A stretch of DNA of 64,000 bases, taken from NCBI GenBank assembly GCA_037129835.1, contig JBAXUE010000003.1:87275-151274 (forward strand), in the 5' to 3' direction. Each line of letters starts with the position of its first letter. The first letter of the stretch is position 1. Under the pieces are notes generated by a model. The model saw only the letters and a list, made by a program, of their open reading frames with translations. It was not told where the DNA came from and did not search any database. Made by a program: the position numbers and the translations under genes. Of this stretch, positions 51,901-57,773 are shown piece by piece. The DNA comes from a bacterium (GTDB lineage: Bacteria; Patescibacteriota; CPR2; UBA1875; CAIMLA01).

Positions 51901-52451
51901 TAGTTAAGAGTCACGACCTCATGGTTGATCAACTTACTGATAACACAGAGTATCATTATCAGATATTAGCCAAAGATGACACTGGCAATGAAGTTGCCTC
52001 TAGTGACTCTATTATAAGAACACCACTAGATACAGAGGGGCCAAAGATATCTGGCGTAAAAGTAGATATCTTACCAATGGGAGAAAATGATACCAAGTCT
52101 TCGGTAATCATTTCCTGGATAACTGACAAGCCAGCCACCACCTTGGTAGAGTATGACAAAGGTGTCATCGGCGGCGATTATGGCAACCGTTCTGTAGAAG
52201 ATACTTCTCTTAATAATTCACACACCGTTATCATTAAGGGTCTTGATCCCGCTGCTTCCTATCACTATCGTATTATTTCCAAGGATAAACGAAATAATAT
52301 TACTGAATCACAGGATTATACGTTTGTTACGCCTAGTAGAGAAAAATCTATCTTACAGCTTATACTTAAATCATTTGAAGAAACATTTGCTTGGACCCAG
52401 AGATTAAACGAGTTTTTTGGGAGTTTGGGCAAGAGATTTGCCGGAAAGTAA
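42918..52451 (+). CDS. giant cell-surface protein (3177 aa): N-terminal membrane anchor, Thr/Ser/Gly-rich Ig-like repeats, Gly-rich modules, C-terminal FN3-like repeats
   Basis: Uninterrupted 9.5-kb ORF. TM helix VAAGFVASLAIFLTL near the N-terminus, so the true start may be a non-ATG codon downstream of 42918. Repeated domain boundaries of the form (V/I)DxTAPT/VDNxxP. GGxGG-rich blocks at ~43.9-44.3 kb and ~45.8-46.2 kb. Tandem ~90-100-aa FN3-like units in the last ~2 kb (e.g. VSWTTNQSTDAVVEF...YDYRV). Confidence 0.85.
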   Translation: MKPKKAYFKFQKKEAIIRPSKIGSFSVHDYFIKTQLFILEIFSKLHLVLRKPHDQAYKNIKIYKNYSDHPASGPINRSVAAGFVASLAIFLTLQYVVPNLFDTFKPNKAEASSTSKQWTLDTDFNNNTPTTGVATNRVLAVLPGTSSVTLGSKTVTGTGTDFTTSVNTYSPKEVAINGISYAVASVESNTSLTLRDNYPTATASGLALSHKSDTALLGTATLVSGSAAVVGVGTNFNTSVKKFASPILIRISGTAYTVSTVTDDTHLTLSANSAVSGAGLPISYDNAVVGNNAVSLHSGPVATTLTYGLGGNVGKTTAGTYSLAVPAGITGFTVDIKGAGGGGDTGGGAAGTAGGVTKLSYSTYDATANSGSGTGVVGTASISGFTGLTAVSGQGNAGGAGGYGTPVYYDGGCQYDSCDQPYGCWAPYWDYGPLGASGGAGGRITGSITTAQVAGQTLSVVVGAGGGGYTAGSIGTIVVTYFTTGYNSTGTLSGLKIDSGSNVKSKWNTVSWVGTTTGAGTNPIKFRTRGSNMASPTTVTGSADTGWTYWNNDATNVAYYTSTGATLVTIPTRWLEIEATLTTSDITVTPSLTDFTINYDTLDAPTNLAQYKADTTTAISANYTNETSFVAKANLGVPLKNSTPITPQFEIRTTDTGWTGAVAVPAGVTATPTSIVYTCTVDPCAALGVQTVGTITGLTAGTSYYYRVRTTDATGRVSGWSASSSFVNPDQAAPTIIAFVNDGTSADIIYSSSLSQLSANWGASTDAISGLQKYQYAIGTTSGGTNTLTWTDNGTATAVTKTGLSLVEGTTYYFTVRAVDNVGNTSLVTTSNGQLVDVSSPTGTISIKDTESPYSDNYSNAKLVKLILTPVETGSGMKDFQLSNDGVTWGTATSTLGVVTNSGTWGTWSDAYNSTGFSGWYLSGADGSKSVYVKYRDVALNVSGTQGSYSPTASTSWTIPNGIASINFTFVGAGGGGCYGPRYKHTGTSGGNGGDSGITIGANIYKALGGTGATGEYDSDCGIGTDGGTSFPAGFVPTQNVTGGAGNGGPNPGDDYYAGGPGGAGGLLAGTIGVSGGSATISVGAMGSPNGGAGSVLITYSQNISATTTLDTTAPTAAITYSLSRNVKTGDVQRITATFNEDILAGTLPKVAISGSNTLAATDMVRTDATHYYYDYTVGAGNGASTIALSVGTDLAGNVVTSAPTSGATFTVDNVLPTITSATSTTANGYYKAANIVNVTVNFSEIVSSIGSVTVNLDSGGACSFIITNSNSGSCNYTVGASDNSSDLNTSSISGNIKDLALNTLTNFAPAASLASSKAIVIDTTAPTAAITYSLSRNVKTGDVQRITATFNEAMLVGTLPKVAISGSNTLAATDMVRTDATHYYYDYTVGAGNGASTIALSVGTDLAGNVVTSAPTSGATFTIDNIVPTLTTVTIASNNTINHVAKMGNQITLTIVASESVTTPTVIIAGNSATVTGTGTNYSAVYTMVSGDTQGTVLFSISAFQDSALNTGSVVSTNTGGNNITYDRTNPDQITITSVSPATNNTGEQTVTWADYTDSAPTSGFGKYVLQRKKSTDVDFSDISPSVEITSQSTHTYLDHIAQSSNSSGTYYYRVIAYDRAGNSSNGAASQAVVIDNQAPAGTLHILDTVNGTDPKATKNSTVNLSFILTDDYSGVSSYSIDNGDGNWSESTDISSDGLSHSGTYTGWALVNPSTEGTKTVRIKLADKAGNEVTNISHTIILDTTSPDSISSVVAYSDDTQETSISETGDSLGWYPYTGPNFKFISSDQVSGIKEFKYCIYRPSSESCDYTANSAVSASQINNSKSYTGNVTLELTDFGNNNMQGELLFKVIGVDYVGKTSAPSTYTYKFDNTVPTYVNNFSATQGTYTDKIVLTWDKSSNITPVAPIEKYKIERVQSSYYNGINDSDWTQFINYQNITCQTATPYVCLDKDGVQVGNISLDGSSYKFENKPEVDGISSTSTDASLLSSTKYIYRISAKDYSNEEYGPVPANGNQNQFEVYGYTKDTESPGVLPTDVTAVTCDGASVLACNDDLAMRGRRVYVSWAPAEDNISAIDYYDIYRREGGPNDLNGWDKVGTLPETTDNEFTKRVFYDDTVVDAKSYSYRIVAVDKARPLPANATEIVPGGMIDNIENATQSAVYVYDITPPVVPTSFTVQPKGIDCFDVECTPKQMVGISWQETTDNTPSNNISYELYRSLSATSGFGEVAAAATISPDNTGKYFYEDKALDDRTTYYYYLRVIDGHENSANTTVMVVTTGNSSAPTPPKDVLVSNSDSSLTDQAHQLRVSFVGSYARGFDSVTKENGIVGYDSYISQTNIIPDMLQDPTDGTTNNCIDNETADDCWIRINNATVANTQTLTTPIGDDSHIVRAFTAANLTETTQYYFRIRAVDNGKNIDGSDAPLKSLFTAVTPLVKKSGGWEVTRDLTVPPLPTGGLEVKVTNTHPNTTVLRNIVTWKILSEKPLRKKLPFEIAYNATTNPKGCKAVAVNGVDYCNDFYSFELYREVLDVDNNVIYESSTPIKTEINPETNFYIDEIGNTDLIGGTGDSSFLIDAKIRYYVKVVDSSIYNFNYPDGTSINALPNKTERQDSGSTIIPAKSIPSILGLVTVSDIGVSSATVSWTTNQSTDAVVEFRKKYKNGNSGELNDGTYQVIGENSNPVIHVETENHAVQMFGLQAETEYDYRVVSKNYLANTVYRSGNDVPTLKTKGFTITYLPNRLSTTTVSAELRWSTNMPSNSNMVEFRESNGTQNGAVAETPLKTEEVTTWAKNCEANPNSQLCSHSVIISPLKKSTEYTINIVSVSLDNYNTSSGLQKFTTASSDSKQFTVKPSASNVAERNITATSAQIVFQTAESTTATLYYDVESGAPTYEPKDYKLTATDALNSTTHQILVDGLEPGKKYYYIVKVDNGLLSYTSPESSFTAVLKPKISNLKVAEVKPYSFQVTWETNIDTETLINLGAGSANYSEKRGKPGLVKSHDLMVDQLTDNTEYHYQILAKDDTGNEVASSDSIIRTPLDTEGPKISGVKVDILPMGENDTKSSVIISWITDKPATTLVEYDKGVIGGDYGNRSVEDTSLNNSHTVIIKGLDPAASYHYRIISKDKRNNITESQDYTFVTPSREKSILQLILKSFEETFAWTQRLNEFFGSLGKRFAGK
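46251..46550 (+). repeat. intragenic repeat copy 1 (~300 bp) inside the giant gene
   Basis: ~95% nucleotide identity to 46886-47186. It encodes TAPTAAITYSLSRNVKTGDVQRITATFNE...VTSAPTSGATFTVDN. Confidence 0.85.
46886..47186 (+). repeat. intragenic repeat copy 2 (~300 bp) inside the giant gene
   Basis: Near-identical to copy 1, with an in-frame 636-bp period. The intervening domain, and the domain following copy 2, are divergent. Confidence 0.85.
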
Positions 52452-52501
52452 CTTTCTCGTCTAAAGTAGCCGCCTACATACAAAATCATAAAGTCGAAAA
52501 T

Positions 52502-52530
52502 TATAGCCCGAAACAAGTATTCGGGCTATA
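52502..52530 (+). terminator. terminator hairpin after the giant gene
   Basis: tatagcccgaa-acaagta-ttcgggctata is an 11-bp stem. Confidence 0.6.
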
Positions 52531-52538
52531 ATCTATTC

Positions 52539-52982
52539 ATGCGTATTACCAAACAAGAAATAAAAAATAATGAAATCAGCGCCAGAAAATATCTTGAAGA
52601 TTATAATCTTGGGCAAGAACTTGCCTTTGATCATTTTGGTCTCCAGGCCCTGACAACAGACGAGTATCTTGAGCTAAAAGAGTTTTTCATTATAAGAGCA
52701 AAATTTGAGGGGGAAATTCATTTTCATGAACGACGTTTGGGCAAGTTTTACCTCGGTGATAAAAAGGACAAAATGGAACTTATTGAGCCGCATCCAGGAC
52801 AGGTATTTGTCCAGTATGATTGTTTCGTGGAACACGTAGCATTTAAGGTAAAATATATCGATAGGCTAAGAGATATACTCAAAGACAGAATTATCACCGA
52901 TTTTAACATTGAGGGTGCAAAAGGATTTAAGGTACAAGGACCAGGGGCACTTCTTATTGAGTTTCGGAATAACGAATTCTAG
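52539..52982 (+). CDS. hypothetical protein, possibly a VOC/glyoxalase-fold protein
   Basis: 147 aa with H/E-containing motifs (DHFGLQ, IEPHPGQ, EHVAFKV) that weakly suggest a VOC metal-binding fold. Confidence 0.35.
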   Translation: MRITKQEIKNNEISARKYLEDYNLGQELAFDHFGLQALTTDEYLELKEFFIIRAKFEGEIHFHERRLGKFYLGDKKDKMELIEPHPGQVFVQYDCFVEHVAFKVKYIDRLRDILKDRIITDFNIEGAKGFKVQGPGALLIEFRNNEF

Positions 52983-53197
52983 CTGTAATTATTACTATAT
53001 CTTCTTTTTTTATAATAACTTACTCCACTTTTGCATAGCCAGGGTGGAGGCATTAACCTGTCTGTTGCAGGCAGAGACCGAGCCTCAATATTTTACTGTT
53101 CGAAGTCTGGTAGTAGTTGGCTTGAGAACTGCTCCCCACGTCATTCCTCAATCTAGTTGAGGACAGGCTCTAAACTTGATTTAGGATCTCTTTCATA

Positions 53198-53247
53198 TTG
53201 TTCGAATTCTAATGAGAACTATAGACACATGTTATGTGTTATTTTCT
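53198..53247. repeat. 50-bp AT-rich direct repeat, copy 1
   Basis: ttgttcgaattctaatgagaactatagacacatgttatgtgttattttc; repeated at 53590-53638 with ~90% identity. Confidence 0.8.
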
Positions 53248-53397
53248 TTTCAATTTTCTCTTGAAAGAAAAATGAGTTAACCTGCCTGCCGCAGGCGGGA
53301 TTCAAGAAAAATCCTTCTTCGCACCCTAGCTTCCGACGTCGCTAAAGCTATGCTGGACAAATCGGACGGACAGGTCGAACTATTTCTACTCCCCGTT

Positions 53398-53448
53398 GTC
53401 ATTCCGGACTTGATCCGGAATCTAGATTCCCGCTTTCGCGGGAATGAC
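53398..53448. repeat. canonical double palindromic hairpin element (intergenic copy)
   Basis: gtcattccgga-cttga-tccggaatctag + gattcccgc-tttc-gcgggaatgac. Antisense pseudo-ORFs read SFPRKRESRFRIKSGMT. This is the same hairpin family as the polA and truB inserts. Confidence 0.8.
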
Positions 53449-53589
53449 GGGAGTGGGGACGATTGTCGGGTGCGTGACACCAAAGCGATTTTTCATAGGA
53501 ATTAACACTCAAAGCCCAAACCCTTACATCATCCTGAGTCGAAACGAAGCTTGCCTGCGGTAAGCAGGGATCCATGTCCACTCTCCTTA

Positions 53590-53638
53590 TCGTTCGAATT
53601 CTAATGAGAACTATAGATACAAGTTATATGTTATTTTT
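53590..53638. repeat. 50-bp AT-rich direct repeat, copy 2
   Basis: tcgttcgaattctaatgagaactatagatacaagttatatgttattttt. Confidence 0.8.
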
Positions 53639-53888
53639 CATAGAACCTACGTAATCCAACCATCAGGTCGAAAAGAAAGAGAGTTAAGTAGCGAACATAT
53701 AATAAATAACTTCCGGTATCGGCTTGTTGTTATTTATTATATTAGAGTTACTGTAACGAAAGATGCTTTAAAGAATCTGCTTGCTCGTTCCGCCCGCCCG
53801 AACGACCTTCAGGTCGGGCAGGTAACCTTGGTGAAGGAGGGTTAGGTTGGGCTTTTTGCACCACTTTTATCAAAAAAGTGGTAGTAAA

Positions 53889-54968
53889 CTACACATTAAA
53901 TTTAAATATCATTACATCGCCGTCTTGAACGATGTAATCTCGACCTTCGAGCCGAACCTTACCATCTGTTTTTGCCCCTACCCAGCCGTTATTTGAGATT
54001 AGATCACTGTAATTAACAACCTCTGCTTTGATAAAGCCTTTCTCGAAATCTCCATGAATTACGCCTGCGGCTTGTGGTGCCGTCCAGCCTTTTTTGATCG
54101 TCCAGGCTTTTATCTCTTTTTCTCCTGCAGTAAAGTACGTCTGTAGTCCTAGAAGGTCGAAACCTTTTTTTACGAGCGTGTCTAGGCCAGGTTCGTTCTG
54201 TCCTAGTTCTGCAAGATATTCGCGCTTTTCTTCTTTTGATAGTTCATTTAGCTCTGATTCTATTTTGGCTGAAATAAATACAGCATTTTGTGGTTTGATA
54301 TTTGTTTTTTGTATCAACGCCTTCGTATTTACTAGATGTTTTTCATCCCCATTAAGGACATAAATATGTGGTTTTGCCGTTAATAGACTTAGATCGGCTA
54401 TATGTTCATGTTCTTTTTCATTTAGTTCCATTTCTCGGATAGGGATAGTTGAGTTTAGAGATATTTCTACTTTCTCTAAAGTATCTAGAAGTGGTTTCAG
54501 TTTTGGTTCTTTTTTAATTTCTTTTTGTGTTTTTTCTAGCTTGCGAGTAACTGTTTCTATGTCTGCAAGTATTAGTTCGGTTTTAATCGTTTCAATGTCA
54601 GATATGGGGTCAATAACACCCGAAACATGCAGTACATTGCTGTCTTCAAATACCCGGACTACTTCTGCGATAGCGTCACAAGAGCGAATATTCGCTAAAA
54701 ATTTGTTCCCTAGGCCCTCACCAGTGCTAGCTCCCTTTACTATACCGGCTATATCTATAAATTCTACGACTGCGGGGACTAGTTGTTTAGTGGATATAAC
54801 TTTTTCCATTTCTGATAGACGATTGTCGGGTACGGCAACAATCCCAACATTTGGGTCTATAGTACAAAACGGGTAGTTTTGTGCCTCAACTTGATTGTTG
54901 GTGATAGCGTTGAACATTGTTGATTTGCCCACATTGGGTAATCCTACTATGCCGATAGATAGATTCAT
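53889..54968 (-). CDS. ychF: ribosome-binding ATPase YchF (Obg-like GTPase family)
   Basis: G1 GIVGLPNVGKST, G3 DIAGIV.GAS.G.GLG, and a TGS C-terminal domain ending VMIFKFNV. Confidence 0.95.
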   Translation of the reverse strand: MNLSIGIVGLPNVGKSTMFNAITNNQVEAQNYPFCTIDPNVGIVAVPDNRLSEMEKVISTKQLVPAVVEFIDIAGIVKGASTGEGLGNKFLANIRSCDAIAEVVRVFEDSNVLHVSGVIDPISDIETIKTELILADIETVTRKLEKTQKEIKKEPKLKPLLDTLEKVEISLNSTIPIREMELNEKEHEHIADLSLLTAKPHIYVLNGDEKHLVNTKALIQKTNIKPQNAVFISAKIESELNELSKEEKREYLAELGQNEPGLDTLVKKGFDLLGLQTYFTAGEKEIKAWTIKKGWTAPQAAGVIHGDFEKGFIKAEVVNYSDLISNNGWVGAKTDGKVRLEGRDYIVQDGDVMIFKFNV

Positions 54969-55178
54969 TATGCCTCATAATTGTTTATTTTCAGTCAGTA
55001 TTTTAGCACAAAATCACATATTTTGCACATGCCCTACAGAAAAATGTAGAACATTAGTTTAGTGAAAGCATAAACTGGGTAATTATAAGCCACTTAACCT
55101 ACTATTTTTGATATTAATATACTTGTTGGCAATAGTATTTATTGTATAATGTACTTAGTGATATAACTCGGAGGGGAT

Positions 55179-55289
55179 ATGGTTATTATGAATTCTTTGG
55201 GTAATATAACATGTTGGCCTATTTTTGATGTTCGCCATCCTGTTTTTTTTGGTAGTCCATTTTTAAAAATAACAAATAGAGGCGAATAA
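55179..55289 (+). CDS. 36-codon upstream ORF translationally coupled to pilM (taaATG)
   Basis: ggaggggatATG is the same RBS context as the major pilin gene at 61917-61931. Translation MVIMNSLGNITCWPIFDVRHPVFFGSPFLKITNRGE. Its stop abuts the pilM start codon. Confidence 0.3.
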   Translation: MVIMNSLGNITCWPIFDVRHPVFFGSPFLKITNRGE

Positions 55290-56324
55290 ATGGGTCTTTT
55301 CTTTAATAACAATGATTTTGTAGGAATCGAAATAGGAAATACCGCAATCCGTTTAGTTCAGCTTCGGTTGGTCGGGAAAAAGTATACTTTAATTTCTTTT
55401 GGCTCAGCACAGTTACCGCCAAAAATCGTTCAAAGCGATAGCAAGCTCGATATGCAGAAGGTTGCAGCTATTATTCAGCAGTTAGTAAAGTCATCTAAGG
55501 TCACAACTAAAAATGTCGCAACTGCTCTTCCTGCTTCTGCGGTATTCTCATTTATCGCAAAGATGCCACCGATGTCTCATGCCGAGTTAGAAAATGCTAT
55601 CAGATACCAAGCAGAACAAAATATTCCTCTGAAAATCGAAGATGTAAGAATAGATTGGCAAGTGATTCGAGAAAATCCAACAACTCATGAGACAGCAGTT
55701 ATGGTTGTCTCTGCGCCCAATAAAAACGCTTCAAGACTCCTCGAAATATTCAACATGGCAGATATGAATGTTATATTTCTTGAAACAAATTCTATCGCCA
55801 ATTCTAGGTCACTATCAAATCTGAATGATCCAATTGTGATGATTGTCGATATCGGAGCCGCCACAACAGAGATCACTATCGTTGAGAATAGTGTAGTTTC
55901 TCACGTGCGTAGTGTTTCTTCGGGCGGATACGCCTTTACTAGAGCTATTTCGCAAGGTCTGGGTTTGGACATTACCCAAGCCGAACAATTCAAACAAAAG
56001 TTTGGCATGTCGCAAGATAAGCTAGAGGGACAAGTATATAAGACACTAAAGCCTTTTGTCGGAAATATAACAGATGAGATACGAAGATCGATGAAATACT
56101 ATTATGAACAATTCGGAACCTCGGTACAAAAGATAGTTTTGACTGGTGGTAGTTCTCGCATGCTATTACTAGCAGAAAATATAAAAAATACATTAAATGT
56201 TGAAGTTACCTTTGGCAATCCGTGGATAAATGTAAAGGCTCAGCCCGAAGTAGTAGCGAAATTAAATGACATAGCCCCAGAGTTCGCTACAGTTGTCGGT
56301 CTTGCCATGAGAGATAACAAGTGA
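55290..56324 (+). CDS. pilM: type IV pilus assembly protein PilM (actin-like ATPase fold)
   Basis: GIEIGNTAIRLVQL N-terminus and an FtsA/actin-like fold; first gene of the pilMNO block. Confidence 0.85.
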   Translation: MGLFFNNNDFVGIEIGNTAIRLVQLRLVGKKYTLISFGSAQLPPKIVQSDSKLDMQKVAAIIQQLVKSSKVTTKNVATALPASAVFSFIAKMPPMSHAELENAIRYQAEQNIPLKIEDVRIDWQVIRENPTTHETAVMVVSAPNKNASRLLEIFNMADMNVIFLETNSIANSRSLSNLNDPIVMIVDIGAATTEITIVENSVVSHVRSVSSGGYAFTRAISQGLGLDITQAEQFKQKFGMSQDKLEGQVYKTLKPFVGNITDEIRRSMKYYYEQFGTSVQKIVLTGGSSRMLLLAENIKNTLNVEVTFGNPWINVKAQPEVVAKLNDIAPEFATVVGLAMRDNK

Positions 56325-56893
56325 AAATCAATTTAATCCCAGAGATTAGACAAGAGCAAGTCAGGATACAAAAGACAAATGCCCTTGTCACAATGATAGC
56401 CATTATTCTGGCGGTAGTTTTGGGGGCGATAATTTTACTTCTAAGTGGAATGTTTCTAGCTAGAATGGCACAGGCCAATCAGTACAACGCTTCAATTACA
56501 CAAATAAATAAGAATATTAAGTCTCAAGCTGCATTAGAAAAAACGGTAATAGATGTTTCAAAAGGCATCCAAGATGTAAAAAGTATTTTAGGAACAGATA
56601 ATAAATGGAAGAATTTTTTTAGTGATCTCGAAAAAGCAACCCCTGGAGATGTTAGATTCAAATCGCTTAGTATTACGTCAGACGGCAAGGCCTCTGCCGA
56701 AATGGAAGCAAGAGATGTTACTTCATTGGACCGATTTCTTACGTCTTTTTCAACGTATAAACGAAAAGACCTAGTTACAAATACTGATAAAAATAATTTA
56801 TTTTCAGACGTAGTGGTAGCAGGCTATAATGTGGATGATACAGGTAAAATAAATTTTTCTGCTACTTTCTTAGTAAATTTAAAGGAACTATAA
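56321..56893 (+). CDS. pilN: PilN-like bitopic pilus assembly protein
   Basis: Short cytoplasmic N-terminus (INLIPE), a single TM helix and a periplasmic domain. Overlaps the pilM stop. Confidence 0.6.
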   Translation: MKINLIPEIRQEQVRIQKTNALVTMIAIILAVVLGAIILLLSGMFLARMAQANQYNASITQINKNIKSQAALEKTVIDVSKGIQDVKSILGTDNKWKNFFSDLEKATPGDVRFKSLSITSDGKASAEMEARDVTSLDRFLTSFSTYKRKDLVTNTDKNNLFSDVVVAGYNVDDTGKINFSATFLVNLKEL

Positions 56894-57481
56894 GTGGATA
56901 TAGAATTCGATAAAGAAATATTTAATCATTATAAATACGCGATTATTACGGGCCTTGCTGCTTTTTTTATATTCATTTTTACAGTATTTATTATCATCAT
57001 CCCACTGTATCAAACCGCGAGTGCAAAAGCCAAAGAGGCAGAAGCGGCATTGGTTTTACTAAAGGAAACACAAGAAAAAGAAGCTGTTTTAAATAACCTT
57101 AAAAGCCAAGGAGATGAACTTAAAAAGACTTCCGAGCTTCTTGCTACCGCCCTACCGATATCTAATGATGTCGGGCCTCTCTTTATCCAGCTTAGCGCGC
57201 TGATAGTCCAAAACGGCGGTAAGGTTAAAGGGATTGCCGGTGCAGCGGGTAATGAACTGGTTGCAACAACAACCGAGCAAATAACTTCGATGGTAAATCT
57301 AAACAAGTATACGTATGTTCTACCAATAGAATTTAGTAGCTATAGTAAGCTCAAGACTTTTATCGATGATGCGAAGCAGGCATTGCGCTTGATAGAAATC
57401 AGTAGTATTACGATATCTTCATCAGATAAAGAAAAAATAAACGCAACGATAACGGTAGTTACATATACTAGGAGCAAATAA
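56894..57481 (+). CDS. pilO: PilO-like bitopic pilus assembly protein
   Basis: TM helix, a coiled-coil and a periplasmic domain. GTG start abutting pilN. Confidence 0.55.
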   Translation: MDIEFDKEIFNHYKYAIITGLAAFFIFIFTVFIIIIPLYQTASAKAKEAEAALVLLKETQEKEAVLNNLKSQGDELKKTSELLATALPISNDVGPLFIQLSALIVQNGGKVKGIAGAAGNELVATTTEQITSMVNLNKYTYVLPIEFSSYSKLKTFIDDAKQALRLIEISSITISSSDKEKINATITVVTYTRSK

Positions 57482-57754
57482 ATGAAAAAAAAGGACATAA
57501 TAACATTGGCAGTTAGTGGAGTAATACTGATTGGTTGCGCGGTATTTGTGATAATGGTATTTTTTCCTTCTTTTGGTCTCAACCCCAGTGCTACAGTAGA
57601 AACAAAAACGGTAACAAGCCAGACAAAAATAACCGAAGAGGCGATAAATAGTCAAGAAAGCAAAGATGTAATAAATAAAATAAATGAATTAAAAAAATAT
57701 GGCGAAACAGATTTGGATAATATCGGTCGGCCCAACCCTTTTGGGCCATTATAG
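57482..57754 (+). CDS. small membrane-anchored protein in the pilus operon (PilP-position)
   Basis: 90 aa with an N-terminal TM helix; sits between pilO and pilB. Confidence 0.4.
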   Translation: MKKKDIITLAVSGVILIGCAVFVIMVFFPSFGLNPSATVETKTVTSQTKITEEAINSQESKDVINKINELKKYGETDLDNIGRPNPFGPL

Positions 57755-57773
57755 ATTGACGGAGTGATAATAA

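Noticed and set aside
53277-53581. ORFs 53277-53483(-) and 53399-53581(-) in the intergenic hotspot
   Set aside because: Their peptides (SFPRKRESRFRIKSGMT..., ...SRHSRESGNLDSGSSPE) are translations of the hairpin repeats and not genes.
53198-53638. Possible CRISPR array suggested by the 50-bp direct repeats
   Set aside because: There are only two copies, they are AT-rich and non-palindromic, the spacer between them is ~340 bp and full of other repeats, and there are no cas genes in the window.
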